From NCBI GenBank assembly GCA_963732385.1, contig CAVSZB010000004.1, positions 32,001-96,000 of the forward strand: a stretch of DNA of 64,000 nucleotides. Direction: 5' to 3'. Each line of letters starts with the position of its first letter. Positions within the stretch are counted from its first letter, which is position 1. Positions 9,406-19,821 of the stretch are shown piece after piece. The notes under the pieces were generated by a model, which was not told where the DNA came from, ran no database searches, and saw only the letters and a program-made list of their open reading frames with translations. Source of the stretch: an uncultured bacterium. GTDB taxonomy: Bacteria; Krumholzibacteriota; Krumholzibacteriia; LZORAL124-64-63. Made by a program: the position numbers and the translations under genes.

Positions 9406-10701
9406 GTGGGACCGCGAGCGATCCTGTTCCGACTTCTGTCGGTGGCCCTGGCCGCGCTCCCGGTGGCGCCTGCGGAGGCTGCCCTGGTGGCCGCTGTGTC
9501 GGGTCCCGATGGCGAAGCGATGCTGGCGCGGGTGCGTACGCTCGCTGCGGCCCCCCTGGCGGGCCGGGGCAACGGAACGCGGGAGGCGCTGGCCGCGGCT
9601 GATAGCATCGCCTGCTGGTTCACCGCCGCCGGTCTCGCGCCGGGCGGTTCGCCCGGATGGTTCCAGGACTTCACGCTGCAGGGCGGCGACCTTGCCGGGC
9701 GGCCGGGCCGCAACGTGATCGGACGCCTCCCGGGCCGGGGGGCGCTCGCCTCCCGCTGGCTCGTCATCGGCGCGCACTATGACCACCTCGGGCCGGTCCG
9801 GGGCGAAGGCGCCGCCGGACGCTACCGCCCCGGCGCCGACGACAACGCATCGGGGGTGGCCGTGCTGGTCGAGGTGGCGCGGTTGCTCGCCGCCGGCGAC
9901 ACGCTCGATGGCGGTCATCCCGACGCGCGCGCGGTTCTCTGCGTCGCCTTCGCGGGGGAGGAGGACGGCCTGCAGGGCTCGGCATTTTTCGTGGGCGATC
10001 TGCCCGCCCCGCGCGATTCCCTCGACGCGATGCTCAACTTCGATTCGGTGGGACGTCTGCGCGACGACCGACTCTATGTGGCCGGCGTCGGCACGGCGGC
10101 GGCGCTGCCCGGACTCGTCACGGCGGCCAACGCCGCGCACGGGCTGCACCTGGAGATCAGTCGCGGCGGGTGGGAAGCCAGCGACCACGTCTCCTTCAAC
10201 GCGATCGGCATGCCGGTGCTCTTCCTCCTCACCGGGCCGCACGAGCAGTATCACACCCCGGCCGACGACTGGCCGCTCGTCGCGCCGGAGGGGCTCGTTA
10301 TCGTCGCGGACTTCGCGCGCGATCTCGCCGGCGGGCTGCGCAGCTGCCCCGGGCCGCTGGTCTACACGGCGGTCGGCGAGCCGCCGCCCTCGCAGCGCGC
10401 CCCGGATTCGCGCGGCGGAGGGGGTGGCGAGACGCGTCGCGCCTGGCTCGGTGTCATCCCGGATTTCGTGGAGGGGGCAGGTGGCGTCAAACTGGCGGGG
10501 GTGATGCCAGGCAGTCCCGCGGCGGCGGCCGGTCTGGTACGCGGCGATGTGCTCGTGGCGTTCGCGGGTCGCCCGGTAGCGGACCTGCAGACGTACACGC
10601 GCGAACTGTACGCGCGCGCACCCGGTGACACGGTGACGGTGGAAGTGCGGCGCGGCGCGACGACCGTCACGTTCCTGGTCGCCCTGGCCGCGCGGCGCTA
10701 G
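9406..10701 (+). CDS. Secreted M28-family aminopeptidase with C-terminal PDZ domain
   Basis: GTG at 9406 after GGAGGA; signal peptide; GAHYDH, GADDNASG, GEEDGL, SDH, YHTP; PDZ 'WLGVIPDF...PGSPAAAAGL..GD'. Confidence 0.88.
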   Translation: MGPRAILFRLLSVALAALPVAPAEAALVAAVSGPDGEAMLARVRTLAAAPLAGRGNGTREALAAADSIACWFTAAGLAPGGSPGWFQDFTLQGGDLAGRPGRNVIGRLPGRGALASRWLVIGAHYDHLGPVRGEGAAGRYRPGADDNASGVAVLVEVARLLAAGDTLDGGHPDARAVLCVAFAGEEDGLQGSAFFVGDLPAPRDSLDAMLNFDSVGRLRDDRLYVAGVGTAAALPGLVTAANAAHGLHLEISRGGWEASDHVSFNAIGMPVLFLLTGPHEQYHTPADDWPLVAPEGLVIVADFARDLAGGLRSCPGPLVYTAVGEPPPSQRAPDSRGGGGGETRRAWLGVIPDFVEGAGGVKLAGVMPGSPAAAAGLVRGDVLVAFAGRPVADLQTYTRELYARAPGDTVTVEVRRGATTVTFLVALAARR

Positions 10702-10713
10702 GCCGGCAACGGT

Positions 10714-12510
10714 CTATTGCCCTTCCGGGCTGCCGTAAAGCGTGTCGATCACCTCGCCGTACTTCTTTTGCACGACCCGTCGCTTCACTTTCATCGTCGG
10801 CGTCAGTTCGCCCGATTCGAGCGTGAAGTCGTGTTCGAGCACGGCGCACCGCCGGACCTGGCTGAACGGAGGCAGGGTCCGGTTAACGCGCTCGAGCTGG
10901 CGTTCGTACATGGCGATGATGTCGGGGTGTTTCGCGAGTCCGGACAGATCGGTGAACCCGATCTTGCGGCGGTTGGCATACTTCACGAGGTTCTCGAAGT
11001 TGGGCACCAGCAGGCAGGAGAGATAGGGGCGACGATCGCCGATCACCACGATCTGGCTGATGTAGCGGTTGTGCTTGAATTCGCTCTCGATCGGCTGGGG
11101 GGCGATGTTTTTGCCCCCGGCGGTGACGATCAGGTCCTTCTTGCGGTCGGTAATATAGACGAAGCCGTGCTCGTCGATGTGACCGATGTCGCCCGTGTGC
11201 AGCCAGCCCTCCGCGTCGAGAACCTCCCCCGTGGCATCGGGACGTTTGTAATAACCCATCATGATCTGCGGCCCGCGCGCCAGGATCTCACCATCCCCGG
11301 CGATCCGGATTTCGGTGTCGGCCATTGGCTGGCCCACGCTGCCCAGACGCATGTGCTCGAAAGTGTTCACCGACAGCACTGGCGAGCTTTCGGTCAGACC
11401 GTACCCCTCGAGAATGACCATGCCCGCCGCGTAGAAGAACTCGTTGATTTCCAGCGCCAGCGGCGCGCCGCCGGAAACGAAAAAGCGCAGCCGCCCGCCG
11501 GTGCGCTCCCGCACCTTGCTGAACACGATCCGGTCGGCGACATGGAACTTGGTGCGGGCCCACCAGTGGATCGGGAGCTTCTCGCGCTTGTGCTGCCCGT
11601 AACGCTCGCCCTGTCTCTTGGCCCAGAAAAAGATGTGCTTGCGCAGTTTTGGGCCGGCGAGGGCGGTGCCGAGGATGCGCGCGTAGATCTTTTCGTAGAG
11701 GCGCGGCACGCTCACCACGATCGTCGGCCGCACCGCCAGCATGTCCTGGGGGACCGTGTCGACGGCTTCCGCGTACGCAATCCCGATGCCGGCGTGCAGC
11801 ATGAGGTAGAAGCCGGCCATCCGCTCCAGCACGTGCGAGAGCGGCAGGAAGGAGAGACACCGGTCCGTTGTGAACAGGGGCACGCAGCCGGCGGCCGCCA
11901 GCACGTTTGACACGAAGTTGCCGTGCGAGAGCATGACCCCCTTCGGCTGGCCCGTCGTGCCCGAAGTGTAGATGATGCTCGCGAGATCCTGCGGAGCGAC
12001 GGCCGCCGGTGCCGGATCGGCGCCTTGCTCCTGCCGCAGACGGCGGCCTCTCTCGAGAAGTTCCGCGAAGGTGACCGAGCCGCGCAGTGGCGCCGGCTCG
12101 AAACAGAAGATGTGTTCGATGAAAGGCAGCTCGCCGCGGATGGCCGCGATCTTTTCCGCCTGCGCGGGGGTGGAGAGGAACAGGACCGTCGGTCGGCAGT
12201 CCTTGAGTATGAAGGCGATCGTCTCTGGCAGCAGTGTCGGATAGATCGGCACGTCGGCGCCGCCGTTGCCGAGCACGGCGAGGTCGGCGAGCGCCCACTC
12301 CACACGGTTCTCGGAGAGGATCGCCGCCCGGGTGCCCGGGACGATGCCCGCCTCCGCCAGCGCCAGCCTCAGCGCCTGGACCTGTTCCCAGGCGTCGGCC
12401 GAGGAGAGGGGCGCATAGCGTCCCAGGCGATCCTTGCTCGCGAAGCAGTCCGGACGGGGGCGCTCCCGCACGGCGTTGGCCCAGAGTTCGGGGATCGTCT
12501 GCGGGGCCAT
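10714..12510 (-). CDS. Long-chain fatty acid--CoA ligase (AMP-dependent synthetase)
   Basis: YTSGTTGQPKG, EGYGLTES, GWLHTGDIG, ELTPTMKVKR. Confidence 0.92.
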   Translation of the reverse strand: MAPQTIPELWANAVRERPRPDCFASKDRLGRYAPLSSADAWEQVQALRLALAEAGIVPGTRAAILSENRVEWALADLAVLGNGGADVPIYPTLLPETIAFILKDCRPTVLFLSTPAQAEKIAAIRGELPFIEHIFCFEPAPLRGSVTFAELLERGRRLRQEQGADPAPAAVAPQDLASIIYTSGTTGQPKGVMLSHGNFVSNVLAAAGCVPLFTTDRCLSFLPLSHVLERMAGFYLMLHAGIGIAYAEAVDTVPQDMLAVRPTIVVSVPRLYEKIYARILGTALAGPKLRKHIFFWAKRQGERYGQHKREKLPIHWWARTKFHVADRIVFSKVRERTGGRLRFFVSGGAPLALEINEFFYAAGMVILEGYGLTESSPVLSVNTFEHMRLGSVGQPMADTEIRIAGDGEILARGPQIMMGYYKRPDATGEVLDAEGWLHTGDIGHIDEHGFVYITDRKKDLIVTAGGKNIAPQPIESEFKHNRYISQIVVIGDRRPYLSCLLVPNFENLVKYANRRKIGFTDLSGLAKHPDIIAMYERQLERVNRTLPPFSQVRRCAVLEHDFTLESGELTPTMKVKRRVVQKKYGEVIDTLYGSPEGQ

Positions 12511-12656
12511 GACGGGCCTCCCGGGTCGAAGTTTCAGTGGCAAAGGCGGCAGTACGGAATTTCTGCCGCGTACAGAGGAAGTTGACAATGGCTAGCATGC
12601 CGTGGAAAGGTCTGTCAACGCCGTGTCTGGTACGCCCTGTACGAGGAGGTCTGTCC

Positions 12657-13478
12657 ATGTCTCCGTCGCGCGTCCGGATCTCGTTCGCTGTCATGCGGTT
12701 GGCCGCGTGCGTCTGTCTGGTTGTCGCCGGCGGCGCTTTCGCGCCGGTCCTGGCCGGGCCGTTGGCAGACTGTGAAACCGCGTATCTCGCCGGCGATCTG
12801 GCGACTTCGCGCATCGCCGCCGAAGCCGCCCTGGCCGCCGAGCCCCCCGACGTCGCCGCACACTGGATGCTGGCACGCGTGCTTATCGACCTGGGCAACC
12901 GGGAAACTGCCAAGCCGGCGCGCGAGGCGCTCTATGCCGAAGCGGAGAAACAGGCGCGGCGGGCGACTGAGTTGCAGCCGGCCGACACCTGGGGACACCA
13001 CTATCTCGCGGCGTCGCTGGGCAAACTGGCGCTGAGTGCCGGCGGCAAACGGAAGATCCAGCTTTCGAAGGAGGTTCGCGACGAGGCTGACCGCGCCGTC
13101 GAGCTCGATCCCCGCAACGATCGCTCGCTGCACATTCTGGGCCGGTGGAATCGGGAAATCGCCAATCTCAGTCCGTTCCTGAAGCTGGCCGCGAAGGTGG
13201 TCTATGGCGGTGTGCCCAAGGGGGCGAGCAACGCGCAGGCGGTCGAACTATTCCAGCGCGCCATGGCGATCGATCCGGCGCGGCTGAGCCATCGCCTCGA
13301 ACTGGGCGTGACTTATCTGGAAATGGAACGCGCGCAGGAAGCGATTCCGCTATTCCAGTCCGTCCTCGATCTCCCGGCGTGCGAACCCAACGACGGCGAC
13401 TACAAGGCGCAGGCCGCCAAGCTCCTGCCGAAGGCGCAGCGGCTGGCCAAGGAGCCGCCCCGCGACATTTCGCGCTGA
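12657..13478 (+). CDS. Secreted TPR-repeat protein
   Basis: AGGAGG RBS then ATG at 12657; hydrophobic signal-like N-terminus; TPR-like helices (AVELDPRN, AMAIDPAR). Confidence 0.75.
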   Translation: MSPSRVRISFAVMRLAACVCLVVAGGAFAPVLAGPLADCETAYLAGDLATSRIAAEAALAAEPPDVAAHWMLARVLIDLGNRETAKPAREALYAEAEKQARRATELQPADTWGHHYLAASLGKLALSAGGKRKIQLSKEVRDEADRAVELDPRNDRSLHILGRWNREIANLSPFLKLAAKVVYGGVPKGASNAQAVELFQRAMAIDPARLSHRLELGVTYLEMERAQEAIPLFQSVLDLPACEPNDGDYKAQAAKLLPKAQRLAKEPPRDISR

Positions 13479-14653
13479 TGGTGTCCGATCCCCTCTCGCC
13501 CCGGTCGGCGGCGGCCCTGCGCCGCCGACTGCTGGCATGGTACGACGAGCAGGGGCGCCGCCTGCCGTGGCGGGAGCGCCGGTCGACGTACGGCGCCTGG
13601 ATCGCCGAGATGATGCTGCAGCAGACAACGGTCGCTGTGGCCGTGCCGTACTGGGAGCGTTTTCTCGCCCGGTTTCCCGATGTGATCGCGCTCGCTGCAG
13701 CGCCGGGGCCGGAGGTGCTCGCGTCGTGGGCCGGTCTGGGTTACTACCGGCGGGCGCGCGATCTGCACGCGGCGGCCCGCACCATCGTGGCTCGCGACGG
13801 CGGACGCTTTCCGGACAGTTTCCGGGCCTGGCTGGCGCTGCCAGGCATTGGCCGCTACACGGCCGGGGCGATCGCCAGCATCGCCGGTGGCGAACGGGTG
13901 CCTGCGGTCGACGCGAACGCCCGCCGGGTGCTCCTGCGCTGGCTTTGCGATTCGTCCGACGAGGCGACCCGCGTGACGTCCCGATCACTGGAATTGGCAG
14001 CGGCGGTGCTCGTTCCCGTGGATCGTCCCGGCGACTGGAACCAGGCGCTGATGGATCTGGCCGCGGCGCTGTGCCGCCCCATTGCCCCGGCCTGCAACGC
14101 CTGCCCGGCGTCGCCCTGGTGCCGCGCGCGCTCTGCGGGCGTGGTGGACCGCGTACCGTCTCCTCCGGCACCACGCCCGCGTTCCTCCGCGCGACTCGGT
14201 CTTCTGGTCGTGCAGCGCGGAGGTGCGCTGTTGCTGCTCCCGCCGGGCGCGCCGCCGCAGATCGATCCGCCGCCAGGGACGGTTGTCAGCCGCGGCGATT
14301 TCCAGACTCTCACGCGTGGTCTATGGGGCCTGCCCTCCTCTCCGTGGTGCGCCGTGTCCCGACCGGACGCCGGCGATGCAGGGTTCGGACGCGACGTGGC
14401 GGATGGCTGGTCGGCGTGGCTGAATGGCGCGGGCGTGCGCGCGGCGCACTTCCGGCAGAGGGCCGGCGTTTTCCGGCACGGGATCACGACGTTCCGTCTG
14501 GATGTCGTCGTTGCCTGCGCCGAGCTCGGGAGGGAGGGGGGCGCGGGCGTCTGGCCGCCGGACGCGGTCTGGTGGGCGCCGGACGAGCCGCCGCCGCCCC
14601 TGTCAGGCCTCGCCCGCAAGGCGCTCAGTGCCGTCGGCTGCGCGCCGGTCTGA
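13478..14653 (+). CDS. mutY: A/G-specific adenine glycosylase
   Basis: TGATG coupling to the upstream gene; WIAEMMLQQT, GLGYYRRAR, HhH LPGIGRYTAGAI, and Fe-S motif C-x6-C-x2-C-x5-C. Confidence 0.9.
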   Translation: MVSDPLSPRSAAALRRRLLAWYDEQGRRLPWRERRSTYGAWIAEMMLQQTTVAVAVPYWERFLARFPDVIALAAAPGPEVLASWAGLGYYRRARDLHAAARTIVARDGGRFPDSFRAWLALPGIGRYTAGAIASIAGGERVPAVDANARRVLLRWLCDSSDEATRVTSRSLELAAAVLVPVDRPGDWNQALMDLAAALCRPIAPACNACPASPWCRARSAGVVDRVPSPPAPRPRSSARLGLLVVQRGGALLLLPPGAPPQIDPPPGTVVSRGDFQTLTRGLWGLPSSPWCAVSRPDAGDAGFGRDVADGWSAWLNGAGVRAAHFRQRAGVFRHGITTFRLDVVVACAELGREGGAGVWPPDAVWWAPDEPPPPLSGLARKALSAVGCAPV

Positions 14654-14760
14654 GTCGCCGGCAGCCGTTGCCCGGCGGTGCCGACGCGGCTATCATCGAA
14701 CGGGAATGGTCGAATTTCGCTTGCGGCCCCCCGGCGGTCCGCGTCACCCGGAGAGATGCC

Positions 14761-17700
14761 ATGGACAGCACCGCCACGAAGACAACGAGCGGCGCGCGAT
14801 TGCGCTATGTCACGGCCGCCGCTCTTTTCGACGGCCACGATGCCTCGATCAACATCATCCGGCGGCTGCTGCAGCAATCGGGAGCCGAGGTCATCCATCT
14901 GGGCCATAACCGTTCGGTCCCGGAGGTCGTGAGCGCGGTCCTGCAGGAGGACGCCGACGCGGTTGCAATCAGCAGTTACCAGGGCGGGCACGTGGAGTAC
15001 TTCACCTTCCTGCGCCACGAACTGGATACGCGCGGGCTCCGCCACGTGGCGATCTTCGGTGGCGGTGGCGGGGTCATCCTGCCGGGCGAGATCGCGGCCC
15101 TGCACGCCGTCGGCATCACGCGGGTCTATTCGCCCGACGACGGACGGACGCTCGGTCTCGAGGGCATGATCGCCGACATGCATGACCACGCGCGCGCCGC
15201 GCGCAGCGGCCGGCCGGCGGGGTTGCCGGCCATCACGGCCGGCACGGCCCCCGCGGATGACGCGGCGTTCGCCCGTGCGCTCACCCTGGCCGAGGCGGGG
15301 GAGGCGGTCACGCCGCCGGCGGCTGTGGCGGCCCGCGCTGGACGGATACCGGTCGTCGGCATCACAGGGACCGGTGGCGCGGGCAAGAGTTCGCTGACGG
15401 ACGAGTTGATCCGGCGATATCTGACGGCCCATCCGGAGCAGGCGGTGGCGCTGTTCGCCGTCGATCCGAGCAAACGCCGGACGGGCGGGGCGCTGCTGGG
15501 CGACCGCATCCGCATGAATGCGATCCACGACCCGCGCTGCTTCCTGCGCAGTTTCGCCACCCGCGGCGCCCGTGGCGAGTTGAGCGCTGCCGTCAGCGCT
15601 GCGATCGCGTTGGCGCGCGCCTGGGGATTCGACCTGATCCTGGTCGAGACGAGCGGAATCGGTCAGGGCGATTCCGCCATCGCCGAGATCAGCGACATTT
15701 CGCTCTACGTCATGACCAGCGAATTCGGCGCCGCGACCCAGCTCGAGAAGATAGACATGATCGACTTCGCCGACGTCATCGTCGTCAACAAGTTCGAGCG
15801 CCCCGGGGCGGAGGATGCCCTGCGCGACGTGCGTCGGCAGTACCGGCGGGGCCGCAACGAATTCGCGCGGCCCGACGCGCAGCTCCCGGTCTTCGGCACC
15901 GTGGCGAGCCGCTTCAACGACACCGGGGTCAACGCGCTCTTCGCCTGCCTGGAGCGCCTGCTGCTTTGTGCTCGCGGCAGCCGGCCGCTCGACGCAGGGC
16001 TCGCCGGTCCGGCGGGGGAACCCCGCGCGACGACGCAGGTCGGCACTCTGATCCCGCGTCATCGGGTCGGCTACCTGGGCGAGATTACGCGGGCCGTGCG
16101 GGCGCAACGCGCGCAGGCCGTTCGCGACGCCGAGTTGGTGCGGCGCTGCCAGAACCTGGCCGCGGCGCTCGGCGAGCTGGAGGTCGCCGCCGACACCGGA
16201 TCGCGCGCCGCCGCCGGCGCCCTGCGGCGCCATCTGGAGGCGGCGCGGGTCGCGGCGGGCGAGGCCGTGCTGGCGGAGGTGGCCGGCTGGGAGGACCTGG
16301 TGGCCGGAGCCGCCCGGGACGAGTTGGTGTTCCGCGTCCGCGACCGGGAGGTGCGGACCGCCGCGCACACCGTCACCCTGGCGGGAACGCGACTGCCGAA
16401 GGTGGCGCTGCCGGCCCTCCACGATGCGGGCGACCGTCTGCTCTTCCTCCGGCGCGAAAACCTGCCGGGAGCCTTCCCGTTCACCGCCGGCGTCTTCCCT
16501 TTCAAACGCGCCGACGAGGACCCGCGTCGCCAGTTCGCCGGCGAAGGCGCGCCCGCCCGCACGAACGCGCGCTTCCACTATCTCAGCCGTCACGACGAGG
16601 CCAAGCGTCTCAGCACGGCCTTCGACAGCCTGACGCTTTACGGCGAGGATCCCGACCGCCGGCCCGACATCTACGGCAAGATCGGCGAGGGGGGCGTGTC
16701 CATCTGCACGCTCGACGATATGAAAACGCTCTACGCCGGTTTTGATCTCTGCCACCCCAACACCAGTGTCTCCATGACGATCAACGGGCCGGCGCCGGTG
16801 ATCCTGGCCATGTTCTTCAATACGGCGATCGATCAGCAGATCGCCCGGCGAGAGGCGGACCTTGGCCGTCCGCTCACCGGGACCGAGCTTGCCGAAGTCA
16901 CCGCCCGGACCCTAGCCGGCGTGCGCGGTACGGTCCAGGCCGACATCCTGAAGGAGGATCAGGCGCAGAACACCTGCATTTTCTCCACCGAGTTCGCTTT
17001 GCGTCTGATGGGAGACGTGCAGGCGTTCTTCCTCGAACACGACATCCGGAACTACTATTCGGTCTCCATCAGCGGCTACCACATCGCCGAGGCCGGAGCC
17101 AACCCGATCAGCCAGCTCGCCTTCACGCTCGCCAACGGCTTCACGTACGTCGAGGCATGGCGCGCCCGGGGGATGGAAGTCGACGCCTTCGCGCCCAACC
17201 TCTCCTTTTTCTTCAGCAACGGGCTGGACGCGGAATATACCGTTATCGGCCGCGTGGCGCGGCGCATCTGGGCCATCGCCATGCGGGACCTCTACGGCGC
17301 GAGCGAGCGCAGTCAGAAACTGAAGTACCACATCCAGACTTCCGGCCGCTCGCTGCACGCCCAGGAGGTCGATTTCAACGACATCCGCACCACGCTGCAG
17401 GCGTTGATGGCGATCTTCGACAACTGCAACTCGCTCCACACCAACTCATACGATGAAGCCATCACCACTCCGAGCGAGGAGTCGGTGCGGCGCGCCATGG
17501 CGATCCAGCTGATCATCAGTCGGGAACTCGGTTGGGCGCGCAACGAAAATCCCCTGCAGGGCAGCGCCTTCATCGAGGCGCTGACCGATCTCGTCGAGGA
17601 GGCGGTGCTGCGGGAGTTTGAATGTCTCGACGCCCGCGGCGGCGTTCTGGGCGCGATGGAAACCCAGTACCAGCGGGGACGGATCCAGGAGGAAAGCCTG

Positions 17701-18027
17701 CTCTACGAACACCGCAAGCATGCCGGCGAACTGCCGATCGTCGGTGTGAACATGTTCGTTCGGGAGCGGCAGGCCGTCGAGACCGTCGAACAGCTCGTGC
17801 TCGCGCGCTGCGGAGCCGACGAGAAGGAGGCGCGCCTGGCCGATCTCGCCGCTTTCCGGGCCCGCCACGCGACGGTGGCCGACGCGGCGCTGGCGAGATT
17901 GAGCGAGGTTGCCCTGTCCGACGGCAATGTTTTCGCGGAATTGATGCGCACCGTCCGGGTCTGTTCCCTGGGGCAGATCACCCACGCCCTTTACCAGGTC
18001 GGAGGGCAGTATCGTAGAGCCATGTGA
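14761..18027 (+). CDS. icmF: Fused isobutyryl-CoA mutase / MeaB-like GTPase chaperone
   Basis: B12-binding FDGHDASINI, GTPase GTGGAGKS...ETSGIGQ, and mutase barrel (RLSTAFDS, GTVQADILKE, HIQTSGRSL); about 1088 aa. Confidence 0.93.
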   Translation: MDSTATKTTSGARLRYVTAAALFDGHDASINIIRRLLQQSGAEVIHLGHNRSVPEVVSAVLQEDADAVAISSYQGGHVEYFTFLRHELDTRGLRHVAIFGGGGGVILPGEIAALHAVGITRVYSPDDGRTLGLEGMIADMHDHARAARSGRPAGLPAITAGTAPADDAAFARALTLAEAGEAVTPPAAVAARAGRIPVVGITGTGGAGKSSLTDELIRRYLTAHPEQAVALFAVDPSKRRTGGALLGDRIRMNAIHDPRCFLRSFATRGARGELSAAVSAAIALARAWGFDLILVETSGIGQGDSAIAEISDISLYVMTSEFGAATQLEKIDMIDFADVIVVNKFERPGAEDALRDVRRQYRRGRNEFARPDAQLPVFGTVASRFNDTGVNALFACLERLLLCARGSRPLDAGLAGPAGEPRATTQVGTLIPRHRVGYLGEITRAVRAQRAQAVRDAELVRRCQNLAAALGELEVAADTGSRAAAGALRRHLEAARVAAGEAVLAEVAGWEDLVAGAARDELVFRVRDREVRTAAHTVTLAGTRLPKVALPALHDAGDRLLFLRRENLPGAFPFTAGVFPFKRADEDPRRQFAGEGAPARTNARFHYLSRHDEAKRLSTAFDSLTLYGEDPDRRPDIYGKIGEGGVSICTLDDMKTLYAGFDLCHPNTSVSMTINGPAPVILAMFFNTAIDQQIARREADLGRPLTGTELAEVTARTLAGVRGTVQADILKEDQAQNTCIFSTEFALRLMGDVQAFFLEHDIRNYYSVSISGYHIAEAGANPISQLAFTLANGFTYVEAWRARGMEVDAFAPNLSFFFSNGLDAEYTVIGRVARRIWAIAMRDLYGASERSQKLKYHIQTSGRSLHAQEVDFNDIRTTLQALMAIFDNCNSLHTNSYDEAITTPSEESVRRAMAIQLIISRELGWARNENPLQGSAFIEALTDLVEEAVLREFECLDARGGVLGAMETQYQRGRIQEESLLYEHRKHAGELPIVGVNMFVRERQAVETVEQLVLARCGADEKEARLADLAAFRARHATVADAALARLSEVALSDGNVFAELMRTVRVCSLGQITHALYQVGGQYRRAM

Positions 18028-18147
18028 GAGCCGGCCGCCGTCTTGCCTTTTTTTATATGACCAGGTGCTGCCTGATTTGACTTTACGGCTCCGCTTTCCC
18101 AGCTTTGTCGTCCGGCAGCAGTAGTGTTGACCTAGAAAGGGTGGCTC

Positions 18148-18546
18148 ATGCTTCAGATCACCCGTCAGACAGAATATGCGATTCGTGGTCTGCAGGAACT
18201 GGCGCGACGCAACAGCGACAAGCCGATCCAGCTCAAGGTCATCGCCCAGACCTGCGGCGTTTCTGAGGCGTTCCTGGCCAAGATCTTTCAGATGCTCTCG
18301 CAGCAGGACATCGTGAAGTCCCACCGCGGGGTAAAAGGGGGTTTCTCGCTCGGCCGCAAGCCGGAGGAGATCACTCTGCGCAGCATAGTCGAAGTGTGTG
18401 AGGGGGGCATTGCGCTGAACCACTGCCTGCGTAGCGTCGATCCCTGTGAGCGCCACGAGGATTGTCAGGTATCCGATGCCTGGCGCAAGGCCCAGCAGGC
18501 GCTCGTCAAGGCGCTCGACGAAACGCACCTGGCCGATCTGCTTTAG
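18148..18546 (+). CDS. Rrf2-family transcriptional regulator with three Cys (possible Fe-S sensor)
   Basis: TEYAIRGL...FLAKIFQ...SHRGVKGGFSL...ITLRSIV; C-x6-C-x5-C near the C-terminus. Confidence 0.9.
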   Translation: MLQITRQTEYAIRGLQELARRNSDKPIQLKVIAQTCGVSEAFLAKIFQMLSQQDIVKSHRGVKGGFSLGRKPEEITLRSIVEVCEGGIALNHCLRSVDPCERHEDCQVSDAWRKAQQALVKALDETHLADLL

Positions 18547-19671
18547 TCAGCCAGGTCTCCCCGCTTCGCCGGGAGGCTCCTCTCCGGGGGTGCTTCCGGC
18601 GACAGACGGGGTTGATGATTTTTGGCGCTGCCTCAGTTGCCCGCACGCCGCCGCAATCTCCTGACCACCACTCACCCGGATGTATGCCTGCAATCCCGCC
18701 TCCAGGAGCACGCGCTGGAAGGCGAGCACCTGATCAGCCCCGGGCGGCGACAACTGATCGTCGTCGAGCCGGTTGAGAGGTATCAGGTTTATCTTGAACG
18801 GGCGGCGGGCGACGAGAGCGGCGAGCGCGCGCGCCTCGGAGAGATTGTCGTTCACGCCCCCGATCAGCACATAGCCGAGTGTGACCTTGCGCTGGATGCG
18901 GCGGGCGTACTTCTCGGCCAGTTCCAGAAGCTGTATCAGCGGCGTGCGGGCGGAAACCGGCATCAGGCGCCGTCGCAGTTCGGGTGAAGCGGCGTTGACG
19001 GACAGGGTCAGTCCCACCGCCTGGGGCAGTCGCAGCAGTTGCAGAAGACCTTCCCGGTGCCCGGAGGTGGATATGGTCACCCGGCGGGGCGAGAGACCCC
19101 AGCCGTCGGGAGCGGTGAAGACTTTCAGCGCGGCGGAGACCTGCTCCCAGTTGTCGAGCGGCTCCCCCATGCCCATGAAGACCAGATTGAACCCGCGTGC
19201 GCCGAATCCGGGTGGTGGCTGGGCGGCCAGATCGCGGGCCAGGTGCACTACCTGCTCCTGGATCTCGGCGGAAGTAAGGTTGCGCACGAGCCCTCCCCGC
19301 GCCGTGGCGCAGAAGCGGCACGCCATGGCGCATCCCACCTGGGAGGAGAGGCAGAAAGTGAGGTGGTTCTCCATCGGGATGATGACGCTCTCAACGGTGG
19401 CGCCGTCGCGGAGGCGGAAGAGGAACTTGCGCGTGCCGTCCTCGGCTGCCAGGCGCTCGCTCGGTAACAGCCCCTGCAGGTCGTACAGGTCGGCCAGCCG
19501 GACGCGCAGATCGCGCGGCAGATCGCTGAGGGTTTCCCAGTCGAGTGCGTGCGCCCGGTGCAGCCAGAGCGCCAACTGTCGCGCCCGATAAGCTGGCTGG
19601 CCGAGCCGCTGGAGCAGGGGATCCAGCTCGTGCGCCGGCACGTCGCGCAGCAGCGGTTTAAGACCGGCCAT
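18547..19671 (-). CDS. rlmN: 23S rRNA (A2503)-C2 / tRNA methyltransferase, radical SAM
   Basis: CLSSQVGCAMACRFCAT, FMGMGEPL, AACGQL. Confidence 0.93.
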   Translation of the reverse strand: MAGLKPLLRDVPAHELDPLLQRLGQPAYRARQLALWLHRAHALDWETLSDLPRDLRVRLADLYDLQGLLPSERLAAEDGTRKFLFRLRDGATVESVIIPMENHLTFCLSSQVGCAMACRFCATARGGLVRNLTSAEIQEQVVHLARDLAAQPPPGFGARGFNLVFMGMGEPLDNWEQVSAALKVFTAPDGWGLSPRRVTISTSGHREGLLQLLRLPQAVGLTLSVNAASPELRRRLMPVSARTPLIQLLELAEKYARRIQRKVTLGYVLIGGVNDNLSEARALAALVARRPFKINLIPLNRLDDDQLSPPGADQVLAFQRVLLEAGLQAYIRVSGGQEIAAACGQLRQRQKSSTPSVAGSTPGEEPPGEAGRPG

Positions 19672-19821
19672 GGTTCTCTCTCGTGGCGACCGCGACTCCG
19701 CGCCCGCCGTGAAGGTCCCGCGTCGGGCGATCGATCTTGTCTTGACACCTGCGAGTCGTGCCGGTCAAGCTGGTTAAAGGATACGCATCTTCAGTCACGC
19801 GATCCGGCAATGAGGTAAGGG

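Noticed and set aside
13537..14760. 1496-aa ORF suggesting an N-terminally extended IcmF
   Set aside because: The extension is an off-frame shadow of mutY in GC-rich DNA; IcmF homology begins at the ATG at 14761.
18055..18147. IscR/Rrf2 autoregulatory operator (TGACC/TGACT repeats)
   Set aside because: No convincing palindrome could be defined by eye.
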